DNA of 64,000 nt from Tubulanus polymorphus (Eukaryota; Animalia; Nemertea). Positions 53,518 through 64,000 of this stretch are shown piece by piece. Location: assembly GCF_964204645.1 (NCBI RefSeq), contig NC_134025.1, positions 15,562,001 through 15,626,000 of the forward strand, given 5' to 3'. Every line of letters starts with the position of its first letter. The first letter of the stretch is position 1. The notes under the pieces were generated by a model, which ran no database searches, had not been told where the DNA came from, and saw only the letters and a list, made by a program, of their open reading frames with translations. Both the position numbers and the translations under genes were made by a program.

Positions 53518-54258
53518 AACTAGGGAGTCCAGGGACACCATGCCCACTAAGGAAGTGGTTTCAAATGCTCAACAATCTAACAATTTCAATATTCAACACC
53601 CCTGGTGACCATATACAAATAACCTTGAAACTCACCACAATCATAGAACATGTTAGCAGCTACGATTTTATATTTGATTAAGATATCAAAATATGCCTCG
53701 TTACCAATCTAATATGGAAATACTAAGTTGTTCTACTATTCAACGCCCCCTAGTGACCATATTCAAAACCCAACGACCTTGAAACTCACCACAATCACTC
53801 ACCACATCACACGAACATGTCATGAACTACAACTTTGCAATTGATCATGGTAACAAAATATGCCTAGGTACCAATATAATAAGGAAATACTAGGTTATTC
53901 TACTATTCAACACCCCCTGGTGACCATATAGGATAACTTATTTCCTTAAAACTCACCACAATCATAGACGATGTCATGAGCTACAACTTTGCAATTGATT
54001 GTGGTAACAAAATATGTATTGGTACAAATATAATAAGGAAATACTAAGTTATGGTATTATTCAACGCCCCCTGGTGGCCATATACAAAAACCAATAACCT
54101 TGAAACTCACCACAATAATAGAACTCGTTATAAGCTACAACTTTCTAATTTATTGTGGTAACAAAATATGCTTAGGTATCAATATAATGTCGAAAAACTT
54201 TTTCCCGCCTATGAATGAGAACTGATGACACCAAGATGACCGCCAATTGCGTCATAAT
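53518..54258 (+). mobile_element. HINE-like element, copy 4 (5' half; interrupted after gcgtcataat)
   Basis: Same 5' end and four core repeats. Identity to copy 2 stops abruptly at 54258. Confidence 0.88.
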
Positions 54259-55200
54259 AGAGAATTTTGTTATCTCTAATGCCATTTTGCTCGGGGTTGC
54301 CAATGACCACTAGATGGCGCTTAACAATCACTTTGTAAAAGACGATTAAATCTTCATCTACAACTTAAAAATATCATTTGAGGTAAGTATCGAGCGACTG
54401 ATTTAAAATCAGTGTGTTACTATCTTTCTAAGGGTGCCATAGACTTACCTTATCGCATCCGTTGGCCTGAGAAATATCCTATTGTTTCGCGAAATGAGCA
54501 TATATTTCGAGCGGCTGCCAACCATTTTAGTCCGAAGTTCATATGCAGTGGTGCTCCTAGTAGGAGGGTGACTATTGGAACCCGTATAGGCCAAAATGTA
54601 ATCAATTCAATTTAGCTTCAGTGTTTTTTCGAGACCCTAACCTGAATTTCAAACAAATTGCGGGATAACAATGATATATTAGGTTAAGAGCCATATCTCA
54701 CTAGATTATGAAAGCTATCGCAAGTCTCTGTTTTTACATCTAAGCAGTCTCGCGGGTGCCACGGTTCTATTAGAGATGCAGCATTTTAACTAACCATCAT
54801 TTCCTAGATAGAATAGGAACTTTCGAATCATGAATTGACTGGTTTTAGAAAACATCAGTAGCAGGGCGAAACGCACGATATCAATCCATTTTACTGAGCT
54901 AATAGTTGGAGCAAGGCGATTCGAGCTGGATCCAAGGTAGACCTACGTGAATGCTACATACTTTTCCTCACAGGAGATTTCTTGGCCATGAAAACCAAAC
55001 AAATTTGTTGAAAATAAAGAATGTTTTATTGTGTTAAGGGAACCAAATCTTTGAAGACCAGTTTCAACGCTAGAATTAAAAATTTGATATACAACATACA
55101 GATGGATAATAATTTACAATTGGCTCTAGTTAATAGGCTATAGAGGCATAATTACTAAGCCTATTTGAAATTAAGTTACTGTAAGGCGATAGAATCAAAA

Positions 55201-55750
55201 TTAACAGAGCGAAACGTACGATATCAATCCATTTGGAGTTATAGCAATCAGAAATTTTATTATATTAGAGTGTTTGTAGTCGCTCCAAGTAGCTGCTTGT
55301 AGATCGAGCGCTGTTGGAGTTTCAATAGAAATTTCTGTGCAGTCCACTATACATCTTGTTCGCGGATAAAACTGAACAAATCCAACTGTTAGGATAGTCT
55401 TGGTTTGATTCTTTGAAGGCCAGATGATGATACATGATAATTCAAGCCTCATTAGACCTATCCACGTAGATAATATCGAGCTCACGGCAGAAATTGATAT
55501 ATCGAAGCTGTGTGATAAATCCCAACCAATAACCCCAGACGTAAACGCATCAAAAACTATGAAATATTCATCTTCAAGTATTAGTTTTCTCCTTCTTCCC
55601 ATCTTATTTATTGTTCAACATAGTTTCTCTTGTTTGACCACCTTTCCAATAAACCATTAAGGCAGCTTTTTGAGACAAGAAGTTAAAAATAGTTTTCAAA
55701 AGCCCGGTTATCGGAACCGGTAAAGAACTTAACGTCAACATCTCACGTCA
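55201..55750 (-). pseudogene. Harbinger/ISL2EU transposase fragment (HTH plus first catalytic Asp)
   Basis: FDISISAVSSILSTWI, RCIVDCTEISIETP, WSDYKH...KFLIAITPNGLISYVS. Confidence 0.9.
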
Positions 55751-55849
55751 TTTCATCAAATGCGATGCACTATGTCAGGCTCATCTTGTTCCCATCACCC
55801 AAACCGTCTACCGCAACCTCCATATATATCGCCTGCGTCGTCTCCTTAC

Positions 55850-56841
55850 TAATCACTGGACGTGAGCAGCCAAGAAAACAAATTAAACCAATGAGAGTAA
55901 GTGATATGAAATTCAGAACTGATGCAGTAGCCTTGAGCTATGATGGAAACGACGATGATGAGATCGATGAAAACGGTACTACGCCAGTTATTTCGCGACA
56001 GAACTTTGACCCAAGAACACCACATCATAGAGAGATCGATGAAACAAGATTAGCTTCACTATATGAAAATCTACATACCACAGCCCCTATATCAGCACTT
56101 GTCTCAGTATTGTCATTGCAATACAACTCACATTTGGCACCTGCCCTTCCACCAACTATTCAGGAAATAATTGATAACGAGGATAAAGAGGATTCTAAAA
56201 TAATTGAAGCGATAATTGCCATGTCGAATACGAAACTTGAACGATTATCAATACTGCTCAATCGTTGGCTCATTGATTGTAATGAAAAAACTGTCTTTCC
56301 ATTCAAGGTCAACACAAATTTACGATCAAGGGCAGCAGATGTCGACTGCAAAAGTCTACTTGTTCGAATTTGTTCGGCTGGTTCTTCGTTAGCTGCTGTT
56401 CCAGCTGTAATTTGGGGAAACGAGAAGGAGGAAGAGGCAAAATTGAAGTTCCTGTCGACGATGAAAGAGAGGGGTCATGTCGATTGTTCTTTATTGGCAT
56501 GCGACAAACAGAAGCTCTATATCCCTGCGACCCCGGATGCTATTTCCGAATGTAAATGCTGTGGGAAGTTGGTCGTGGAAATTAAGTGCCCGTACTCAAT
56601 CAGAGGGAAAAACATTCTGGAGAATTACCACAATACAACATTGCTGGTCATGAACGGTGGTCAAATTCAACTGAATTGCAGCAGTCAAATCAACTGCGAA
56701 ATGAAAGTGACATGCATACCGACGTGTTTCTTCGTTGTGTGGAGAGGTCATCATGATCTGTTCATTGAACAAATTACATTTGACAATGATTTACGGCAGA
56801 GAATCGTAATGAATTCAGCAATTTTTTCAAAGGCAAGATAA
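55850..56841 (+). pseudogene. YqaJ/lambda-exonuclease-domain protein fragment
   Basis: FDPR, WGNEKEEEA, IPATPDAISECKCCGKLVVEIKCPY, QINCEM...CFFVVW. Confidence 0.85.
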
Positions 56842-58089
56842 AACGATATTTCAAAAGTGAAATTTGTACAGCCCAATAGATTATCTAAACTTGTTCATTT
56901 TCAATTTGTCTGTATATTTCAATTTGTTATGTAAATACATGTAGGTAGCTAATATTTCCGTAAATGCCTTTAGTAATTTTAATTGTCATTATTTCAATCA
57001 GCTTTTATTAATTATAAATGAAAATGAATTAATCAATTCGTCAGTATCATTTCCAATACATAAAGTTAAGATTTTTACAGAAGACCGGCGAGGATATGTC
57101 ACCCTGATATATGTTGCATATTCTATAATCATATATATCTACAATTTCATATCAAATGGTTCATAATATTTCATATCTCTTACTATATGAAATGCTTAAT
57201 AATAATGATTATAGTATTAATAATGTAATATAACTTATGAATATAGTATCAATATGTGCTTTATTGTAATCAACATGTCAGACTACTCAATATGTATTAA
57301 AGATTGTACATATAAGGTTTAACTGCCTTGTTGTTCCTGATGGATGGAATCCTGTACCGCTGGTGTAAATGCTAGTTCTCCAGCCAGCCTGCCGATACAA
57401 CAACCAGCCGGTTACAGATGGGGAGAACCCGAATCTAAGTCCTTGTGACTTAAGCCAGTACAGATGAAGCTGCCGATATACGGATTGTGACAGGAACATA
57501 CCACAAAATAGAAGATCGCATTCAACTACACTTGTGACAAGACCATGCTGACCGCCGAAATCCCTGCTGTTTTGGTGGATACAACACATTATGGTAACTT
57601 GTTGTCAGCCATAGGTAATATAATTGAATCTTTATCTCAAATTAGTGGTCGGATATTGAGTATAGGAAATTATAGCTGTTTGAGTTTGGGAGCATTACCG
57701 TGTAGTTGAGCAGTTTGATATATATCTCAAGTTTCGATTGTTAAATTCAAAGTATTTTCTAGCTGTCCAGTTCCATACATTTTTCATAATCAGTTTCATT
57801 TCGTTCTGCACACTTACGTGGTATACACTTCTTAGAGAACGGGACTCAGATAATTACTTTAATTTGTCTAGTGGGCATATCTAATTTTGTCGTGACGATC
57901 TATTTTTCTACTCAACCTTTATCTATGATTTCCACCATAGAGAGCCTTCCATTTTTATCGTTGATATATATATATAACTATAGTAAAAGATGAAGCGCAT
58001 ACATTGTAGTAAGGATGTTTGTCGCAAAGAGGCATCTCGATTACAGGTACCTGATATCAACGCGGTCGATATAAGCTTAGTTTCAGGAT

Positions 58090-61000
58090 TGAATCGGAAT
58101 ATTGTACACATTTATATTATCAAACACTCCCAACGAGCATTAGTCGAAACAGGTGCATCAATTTCATGTATTGCTAGGTCAACGATCGAAAGATAAAAAA
58201 TCCCATATAAAAAATCCCATATAAAGTCATTCGGATATAAACATTATAAGAGGAGTTTGCGGGGAAGCACATTCAGTGATTGGTAGAATTGAGGTACCCA
58301 TTTGCATTCAATCTCATATATTAACGCACAAGTTTTATGTATTCGATAGGCTACACACAGATGTTATTCTTGGACTGGATTTTTTGGAGGAAAACAATGT
58401 AAACATTGACCTTGGCTCAGGCACAATTTAAAGATGTTTCGATTCCGTTTAAGATTCTTAGGAATAAACAAGAGCTGTACCGAAATAAAGCTAAAACGGT
58501 TAACAAGATAGTTATCTCACCAAATACTAAACAAATTATTGAGATAAGTGTCGATACGTTGGCGGAAGGTTCATTGGTTGTTTTTGAACCATACAACCAC
58601 AAGTTATTGAATAAATGTTTAGGTGGAGGTAAAACATTATGTAAAATCGCAGACAGTAAACTTTTCGCTACTATATTTAATCCTACTAATGAACCGATTC
58701 AAATTTCAAAAGATTATGTTCTTGGATTTGCATACAATGTAACTGACGACAATTGTTTTGATTTCGTAGATGACACTACTAGTGCAAACATTTTCTCCAT
58801 GGATACTGAAACACCACGTGATTATGATGAAAAAATTAAAATAGCAGAGAATTTAGTCATAAAAATTCCAGTTAACTCAGGATTGTCTCTTGAACAAAAG
58901 GAGAGATTAATGTATTTAATTGGATGTAATAGGTCAATATTTGCTAGTAACTTACAAGAAATCGGCAAAACTTCATTAGTTATGCATAAGATAGAAACAA
59001 CTGATGACGACCCTATAATTCAAAGACCTTACCGCAAAAGTCCACACTTGAGACAGGTGGAAAATGACTTGGTTAACGAACTGTTAGATGCCGATCTTGT
59101 TGAACCAACTGATTCTGTTTTCAATAATCCTGTGGTTTTGGTCAGACAAACCAGACAATACGTATAGGTTTACTATTGATTTTAGAAAACTGAATTCGAA
59201 GACCGTAACGCAATCATTTCCACTACCTCATTTTGATGATGTATTTGACACTATAGCCAATGCTTAATCCATGATATTTAGTAAATTAGATCTTAATTCA
59301 GGATTTCACCAGATACCGTTACACGAAGAATCGCGTCATAAAACAGCTTTTCAAACGACGCAAGAATGGTCCTATGGCTTTTCAGATGCTTATGTCAAAA
59401 TGTTTAGGTCATTTGAATTAGCAATATGTATTGTGTTTCATTGATGATCAAATCATATTCTCTCAAGATTTTGACAGTCACCTAGTTCATTTATTGAATG
59501 TTTTTGAGAAGCTTAAACAAGCCGGTCAGACAGCGAAACCGACTAAGTGTGAATTTGCAGTCCCAGACATTGAATATCTGAATTATACGTTATCAGCTGA
59601 GGGTCTTCATACTTGTAAAAAGAACATTGAAAAGGTTAACAGCTTTCCACTTCCGTCCAATGTAAAACAGTTAAGAAGTTTTCTAGGATTAACAAATTTT
59701 TACAGGAAGTTCATTGAAAATTATGCATCGATAGGTTCTCCCTTGAATGCTTTGAACTGTAAGGATGTGAAATTCAAATGGACTCCTGATTGTCAGAAAG
59801 CTTCGATACGCTTAAACAGAGATTAACTAGTGATCCAATTTTGATATTCCCTGATTTCAATTCTCATTTTTTATCTCTCAGCTGACTCTTCAGACTATGC
59901 TATTAGTTACGTTTTGTCTCAGAAAAAGAAGAATTTAGAACATGTTATCAGATATGGTGGTCGAGCGTTACGTGCAAACGAAAATAAATGGCATATTAGT
60001 GATAAGGAAGGTTTAGCTTTGATTGAAGGAATTCAGAATTTTCATTCCTACTTGATTGGTATTGAATTCATTGTGTATACTGATAGCAAAAGTTTAACAT
60101 ATATTCATGAAAACCAACTAAATAAACGTATAGGACGTTGGGAATTGGCTCTTCAAGCGTATAATTTTTCTGTTGAACACCGACTGGGTAAGAAAAATGG
60201 TAGTTGGAATGGTGTAAGTAGAAGAGATTATGATAAACCTCCTCCTCCTAGACCTGATTATCCTTCACAAGAAACTGTTTTCACAGCAATGACAAATGGA
60301 TCTCAGTCTTATGAAGTCGGGTTTGATTTTACTAGCCCCGTGGTGGCTGAGTTAACTCCTGATACTTATAAGGAGATTGAGCTGATTAACCCTTTCAGTG
60401 CGTCTACACCGCAGTGCGGTGTATAAATCAATGATAGATTTTGCTAGTACACTGCACTGCGGTGTATTGATGTAATTAGTCATTATCTCTCTTGAAAAAT
60501 GGCAGCACGCGTCAAACATAGTGTAATACTAGTAACTAACGATACACTGCGCAGTGTAGACGCACTATAGTGGTATTCCTGTTGTTCAACACACTAGGGT
60601 CGAATTTTTAGAATTTTCAAATTATCTCCAGCACTATAGGCCTAGGGTATTAATTAGTCAGCACTGAAAGGGTTAAACCAGCTAATATAAGTCACTTACA
60701 CAGGAATTGCCCTGAAGTATGTCACATGTTGGAACATAAGTTAGATCCATCATATGCTTTCAACCATGAAAAACTGTTTGGGAAGCTCATTTGGAGGGCC
60801 GACCAATATGGTACTATCGATGGCACGTTATATTATCTGTATACACCTAGAGTTGCTGGTATTCCTAAAGCCGAGAAGGTCATCCCAGTTCTTGAAGTTC
60901 CTAGGTCATTACCGTCGGAAATATTGAAATCTTACCACGATTCATTAGTGGGAGATTGCCACCAGGGTCGAGATCGTCTTTATGGTGTTTTACGCAATAA

Positions 61001-62332
61001 ATATCATTGGGATTCCATGTATGAAGATTGCGGGAAATATGTTTCTACTTGTGAGAATTGCCAACAGGTCAAACGGAATTATCATAGTCATCCAACACCC
61101 TTACAACCATTACCAATTGAAGGCTTATTCTCCAGATAGCACATCGACTTCCTTTGCAATCTTCCGGAGACCCCTGATGGTAATAAGCATATCCTACTCG
61201 TGGTAGATAGCTGGAGTAAATGGCCCGAGGCTTTTCTCTCAAAACTCAGGAAACAACAGAGGTAGCAAAGGTTCTCTTTAAAGAGATATTTTCGCAGTTT
61301 GGTGCACCTCATTCTTTAGTCTCTGATCGCGGTAAAACATTTACGTCTAATTTAGTGGGAGCTCCCTGTTAATTGTTTCATGTGAAACAACATTTCATTG
61401 CTCCGTACCATCTTCAATCAAACTCAGTTTGCCAGAGAACTAACCAGGACAGTTTAATGATGAGATTTATGCATGTTCCCTCAACTGAAGGTTCAGGTTT
61501 TAGCCCATACCACATGTTATTTGGTTAAGAAATGTGTCTACCAATAGACACGGCTTTAATTGCATGCCATTCGTTAGCAACTGATCATAAGGCATACTTA
61601 TCACATATATTAAGGCAGCTTATCATATCACGAAATATTGCTAATGAGAATATTAAAAGAGCTCAAAATAAGTATAAAACACAGTTCGATAAGAAGGCAT
61701 CAAAACCTCAGTTTCAGATTACTGATCGCGTTTGGCTAAAAGTCATGGAAGTAAAGAAAGGAAAATCGCCAAAACTGTGTAAAAAATACATAGGTCCCTA
61801 TTTCATTCAGTCAATAGCTAGCAAAGGGGCTTATCAATTACGATCGCATGTCAATGGCAATCGTCTGAAGCTATACAAAGATCCCTCATCGCGTCCGAAT
61901 TATGAGGAGGTCGCATGGGATGGTTCTACAGCTGAGGAAAACCCTGAATTATTCGACGAGATTCATGGGCGCTTAAAATATAAACCTAGCAATCTAGCTG
62001 ACACTCCAACTGACACTCAAATTTCGGCAGACGATAACAAAGATAGACCGGTTATTACTGAGACTTTCAATGAATCAGATATTAAGAAAATTCTACAGTA
62101 CAAACTAGAAAACGGTTTATGTAAATATGGCGTAAAATGGAAGTCAGATTTAAATCGTGAAAATTCTTGGGAATTAGGAAAATGGATCCCAAATAAACTC
62201 ATTCGACACTTTCACGAAAACTATGCGGCATCAGGCAAAAAACGTAAAAAACCATGCAAAAGTAAGTTTTTTGATCGCATTACAGACAATGGTGATAATT
62301 ACCAGGGAAATCAAAAAGATCGAAATGATTAG
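58090..62332 (+). pseudogene. Gypsy pol: protease, RT, RNase H, integrase and chromodomain, with many frameshifts and stops
   Basis: ALVETGASISC, QRPYR, IDFRKLN, FIDDQIIFS, LRSFLGLTNFYRKFI, DKEGLAL, VYTD, H..GCHQG...C..CQ, SDRG, GPY motif, IKKIL...Y.VKW....NSWE. Confidence 0.92.
60390..60672. mobile_element. piggyBac-type MITE (283 bp) inserted in Gypsy pol
   Basis: TTAA-ccctttcagtgc ... gcactgaaaggg-TTAA. Confidence 0.95.
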
Positions 62333-64000
62333 GAGAATGAGGCAGTAAATAATATAATCACAAATAGAGATAGACGTTGGGTTAGTGAAGTAGAGATACG
62401 TGAAAAACCTAGGAGAAAATTAAATGGAACCGTAATACAGGGTGTATATGTAACTAGTAATCGCTAGAGGAATTTGATAATCAGATATCTAATGAAGACT
62501 CATCAAATAATAAGAATGTAAATAGTGTATATTGTTCAGCTCGATCGAAAATTCACCAAGATCATACAATTGAGGAACATGTTAAGACTAGTTCAGATTC
62601 AAGTAGTATCGCTATCAAAGAGGCTATTCGGTCGGGTAATCATCAAGCATTATGTGCATGCGCTACGGGAAAAACGGTTGTTGCTACCAAATTTCAAAAT
62701 AATGTGCTATTCGTCAAATATTACCATGACAGTCCATGGTACCGGGCATCAAAACGAGATTGGTTTGAAGTAAGTGATTACGGAGAAAGTCTTGAACATG
62801 TATGGGGTATAGGCCTATAGGCCTATCATGTATGGGGTATGTATCATGTCATCTTGGAAAATGAAAGGCAGGCCTCCCACCGAAACCGAGCTCGAGCCGT
62901 ATCAACACGTTTCAACGACCAGGGAGTCTTAGAATACTATGTTTTATTTGGGCGGTTTGTTCCCCCTGCATGGCTGCCTTGGTATGAAACACCTCCTGGC
63001 ACACAAAGTCACTACGCTTCTCGTTTAAAACCAATTTCTTCGAAACTCAGTAGTAGTTACAGTAGGTTTTCTTAAGCTTTCCGGATATCATATGGATATC
63101 AGCGATGAATTGATTAGCTTAGGCCCTATGACTCGTACGTATATTTTCAGTTTATTTACGCCCTGAACAGTTCGAAGATCAGAACACGTCAATAGTATAG
63201 TTCATTCATTCAATTAATATATAGGGCCTATTAGTCATTTAAAGTAGAGTGCATGAAATCTTTCGTAGAACGCACGCAAATAACCTAATTTTATATCTAA
63301 TCCGAGACAAATCTGAGAGGAGTGTACAGTACGGTATGAATTTATCCATGGTATAATATAACGTGGATTAATTGAGACTGTGATGATATGTGTTAATACA
63401 GTATGCTGATGGTGTTATCTTTACTCAATTACTATGGTTATTCTTTATTTACTTCTGACCACTTTTTGGATGATGATCAGTTTTTTTTTCTTTTGGTTGA
63501 CAAGGGTAACTGTATTTGTGTTGTGTTATTGTGTACACTGCTCTGATGTCAGATGTTGCACGTTACTATCATTGTATCACAAAATTCAGTCACAAAGCTA
63601 TTTCCAGTCAGTAATCGAAAGATCTTGGAAACAGAGAAATGCGTACTACTTGCTATCACCAACTGGACATCAGGACGCTATAACTACACAACACATCGCT
63701 AGTTTTGTTCGTCACAGAATCAACCAGAATTCGGGGATCCTCTGCGGATCATTCAAAATTACAGTTAACATATCGTCAACATGTGACTCTTTCGTGAATG
63801 ACTGAGAATCCAGCCATTACTGTCCAGCGTTTGCACATTTTCGCACGGTGAATCTCAGACTTTCATGTTTTCGCGGCGGAAGGAGTTTTGATGAGCTTTC
63901 AGCATCTATGTTTTCTGCAAAACGAGGAGGACACAATTTAATTGGACAAGGGGGCATCTGTCACCCTGTTATAAGTTGCATATTCTATAATCATATATAT

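Larger units (their letters stand above)
54259..57096. mobile_element. Second ISL2EU/Harbinger-like element, rearranged or deleted; right end not seen
   Basis: Begins after AT, with an agatggcg motif as at the end of element 1. Carries DDE and YqaJ fragments. Confidence 0.65.
57097..64000 (+). mobile_element. Ty3/Gypsy LTR retrotransposon, decayed and without a visible gag; 3' LTR begins at 63959 and runs off the window
   Basis: LTR starts at 57097 and 63959 match at 40 of 42 bp. Purine-rich tract ggacaaggggg precedes the 3' LTR. Domain order is PR-RT-RH-IN. The 5' LTR end is uncertain (gtgaca at 57539 or cgtgac at about 57896). Confidence 0.93.

Noticed and set aside
63434-63805. Hydrophobic 123-aa ORF as a possible env gene
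   Set aside because: Short, driven by a T-rich tract, and without furin-site or fusion-protein features.

Overview
AT-rich eukaryotic DNA, most likely from an invertebrate animal. There are no prokaryotic operons, rRNA, tRNA or CRISPR arrays. The backbone appears to be one minus-strand host gene. I find six small candidate exons spread over about 49 kb (50482-50612, 39700-39819, 31469-31546, 20585-20753, 14923-15053, 1360-1495). Their splice phases fit only if the third exon carries a 1-bp surplus. The introns and the upstream region are filled with decayed, often nested transposable elements. These include two ISL2EU/Harbinger-like elements (DDE transposase plus YqaJ exonuclease) and four copies of a Helentron-associated (HINE-like) element with a 154-bp internal repeat. 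There are also a BEL/Pao fragment, a gag-less Gypsy element with chromodomain-like C-terminal modules, two Penelope copies with hammerhead ribozyme motifs, an RTE LINE with an 11-bp TSD, and CR1/L2 fragments. DNA elements include piggyBac derivatives, hAT-like MITEs with 5-bp TSDs and a spliced hAT/ZNF862-like transposase relic. The least explained part is an extremely AT-rich, partly inverted island (about 22360-31065) with virus/Polinton-like coding relics. All family calls come from reading motifs by eye; no database search was run.
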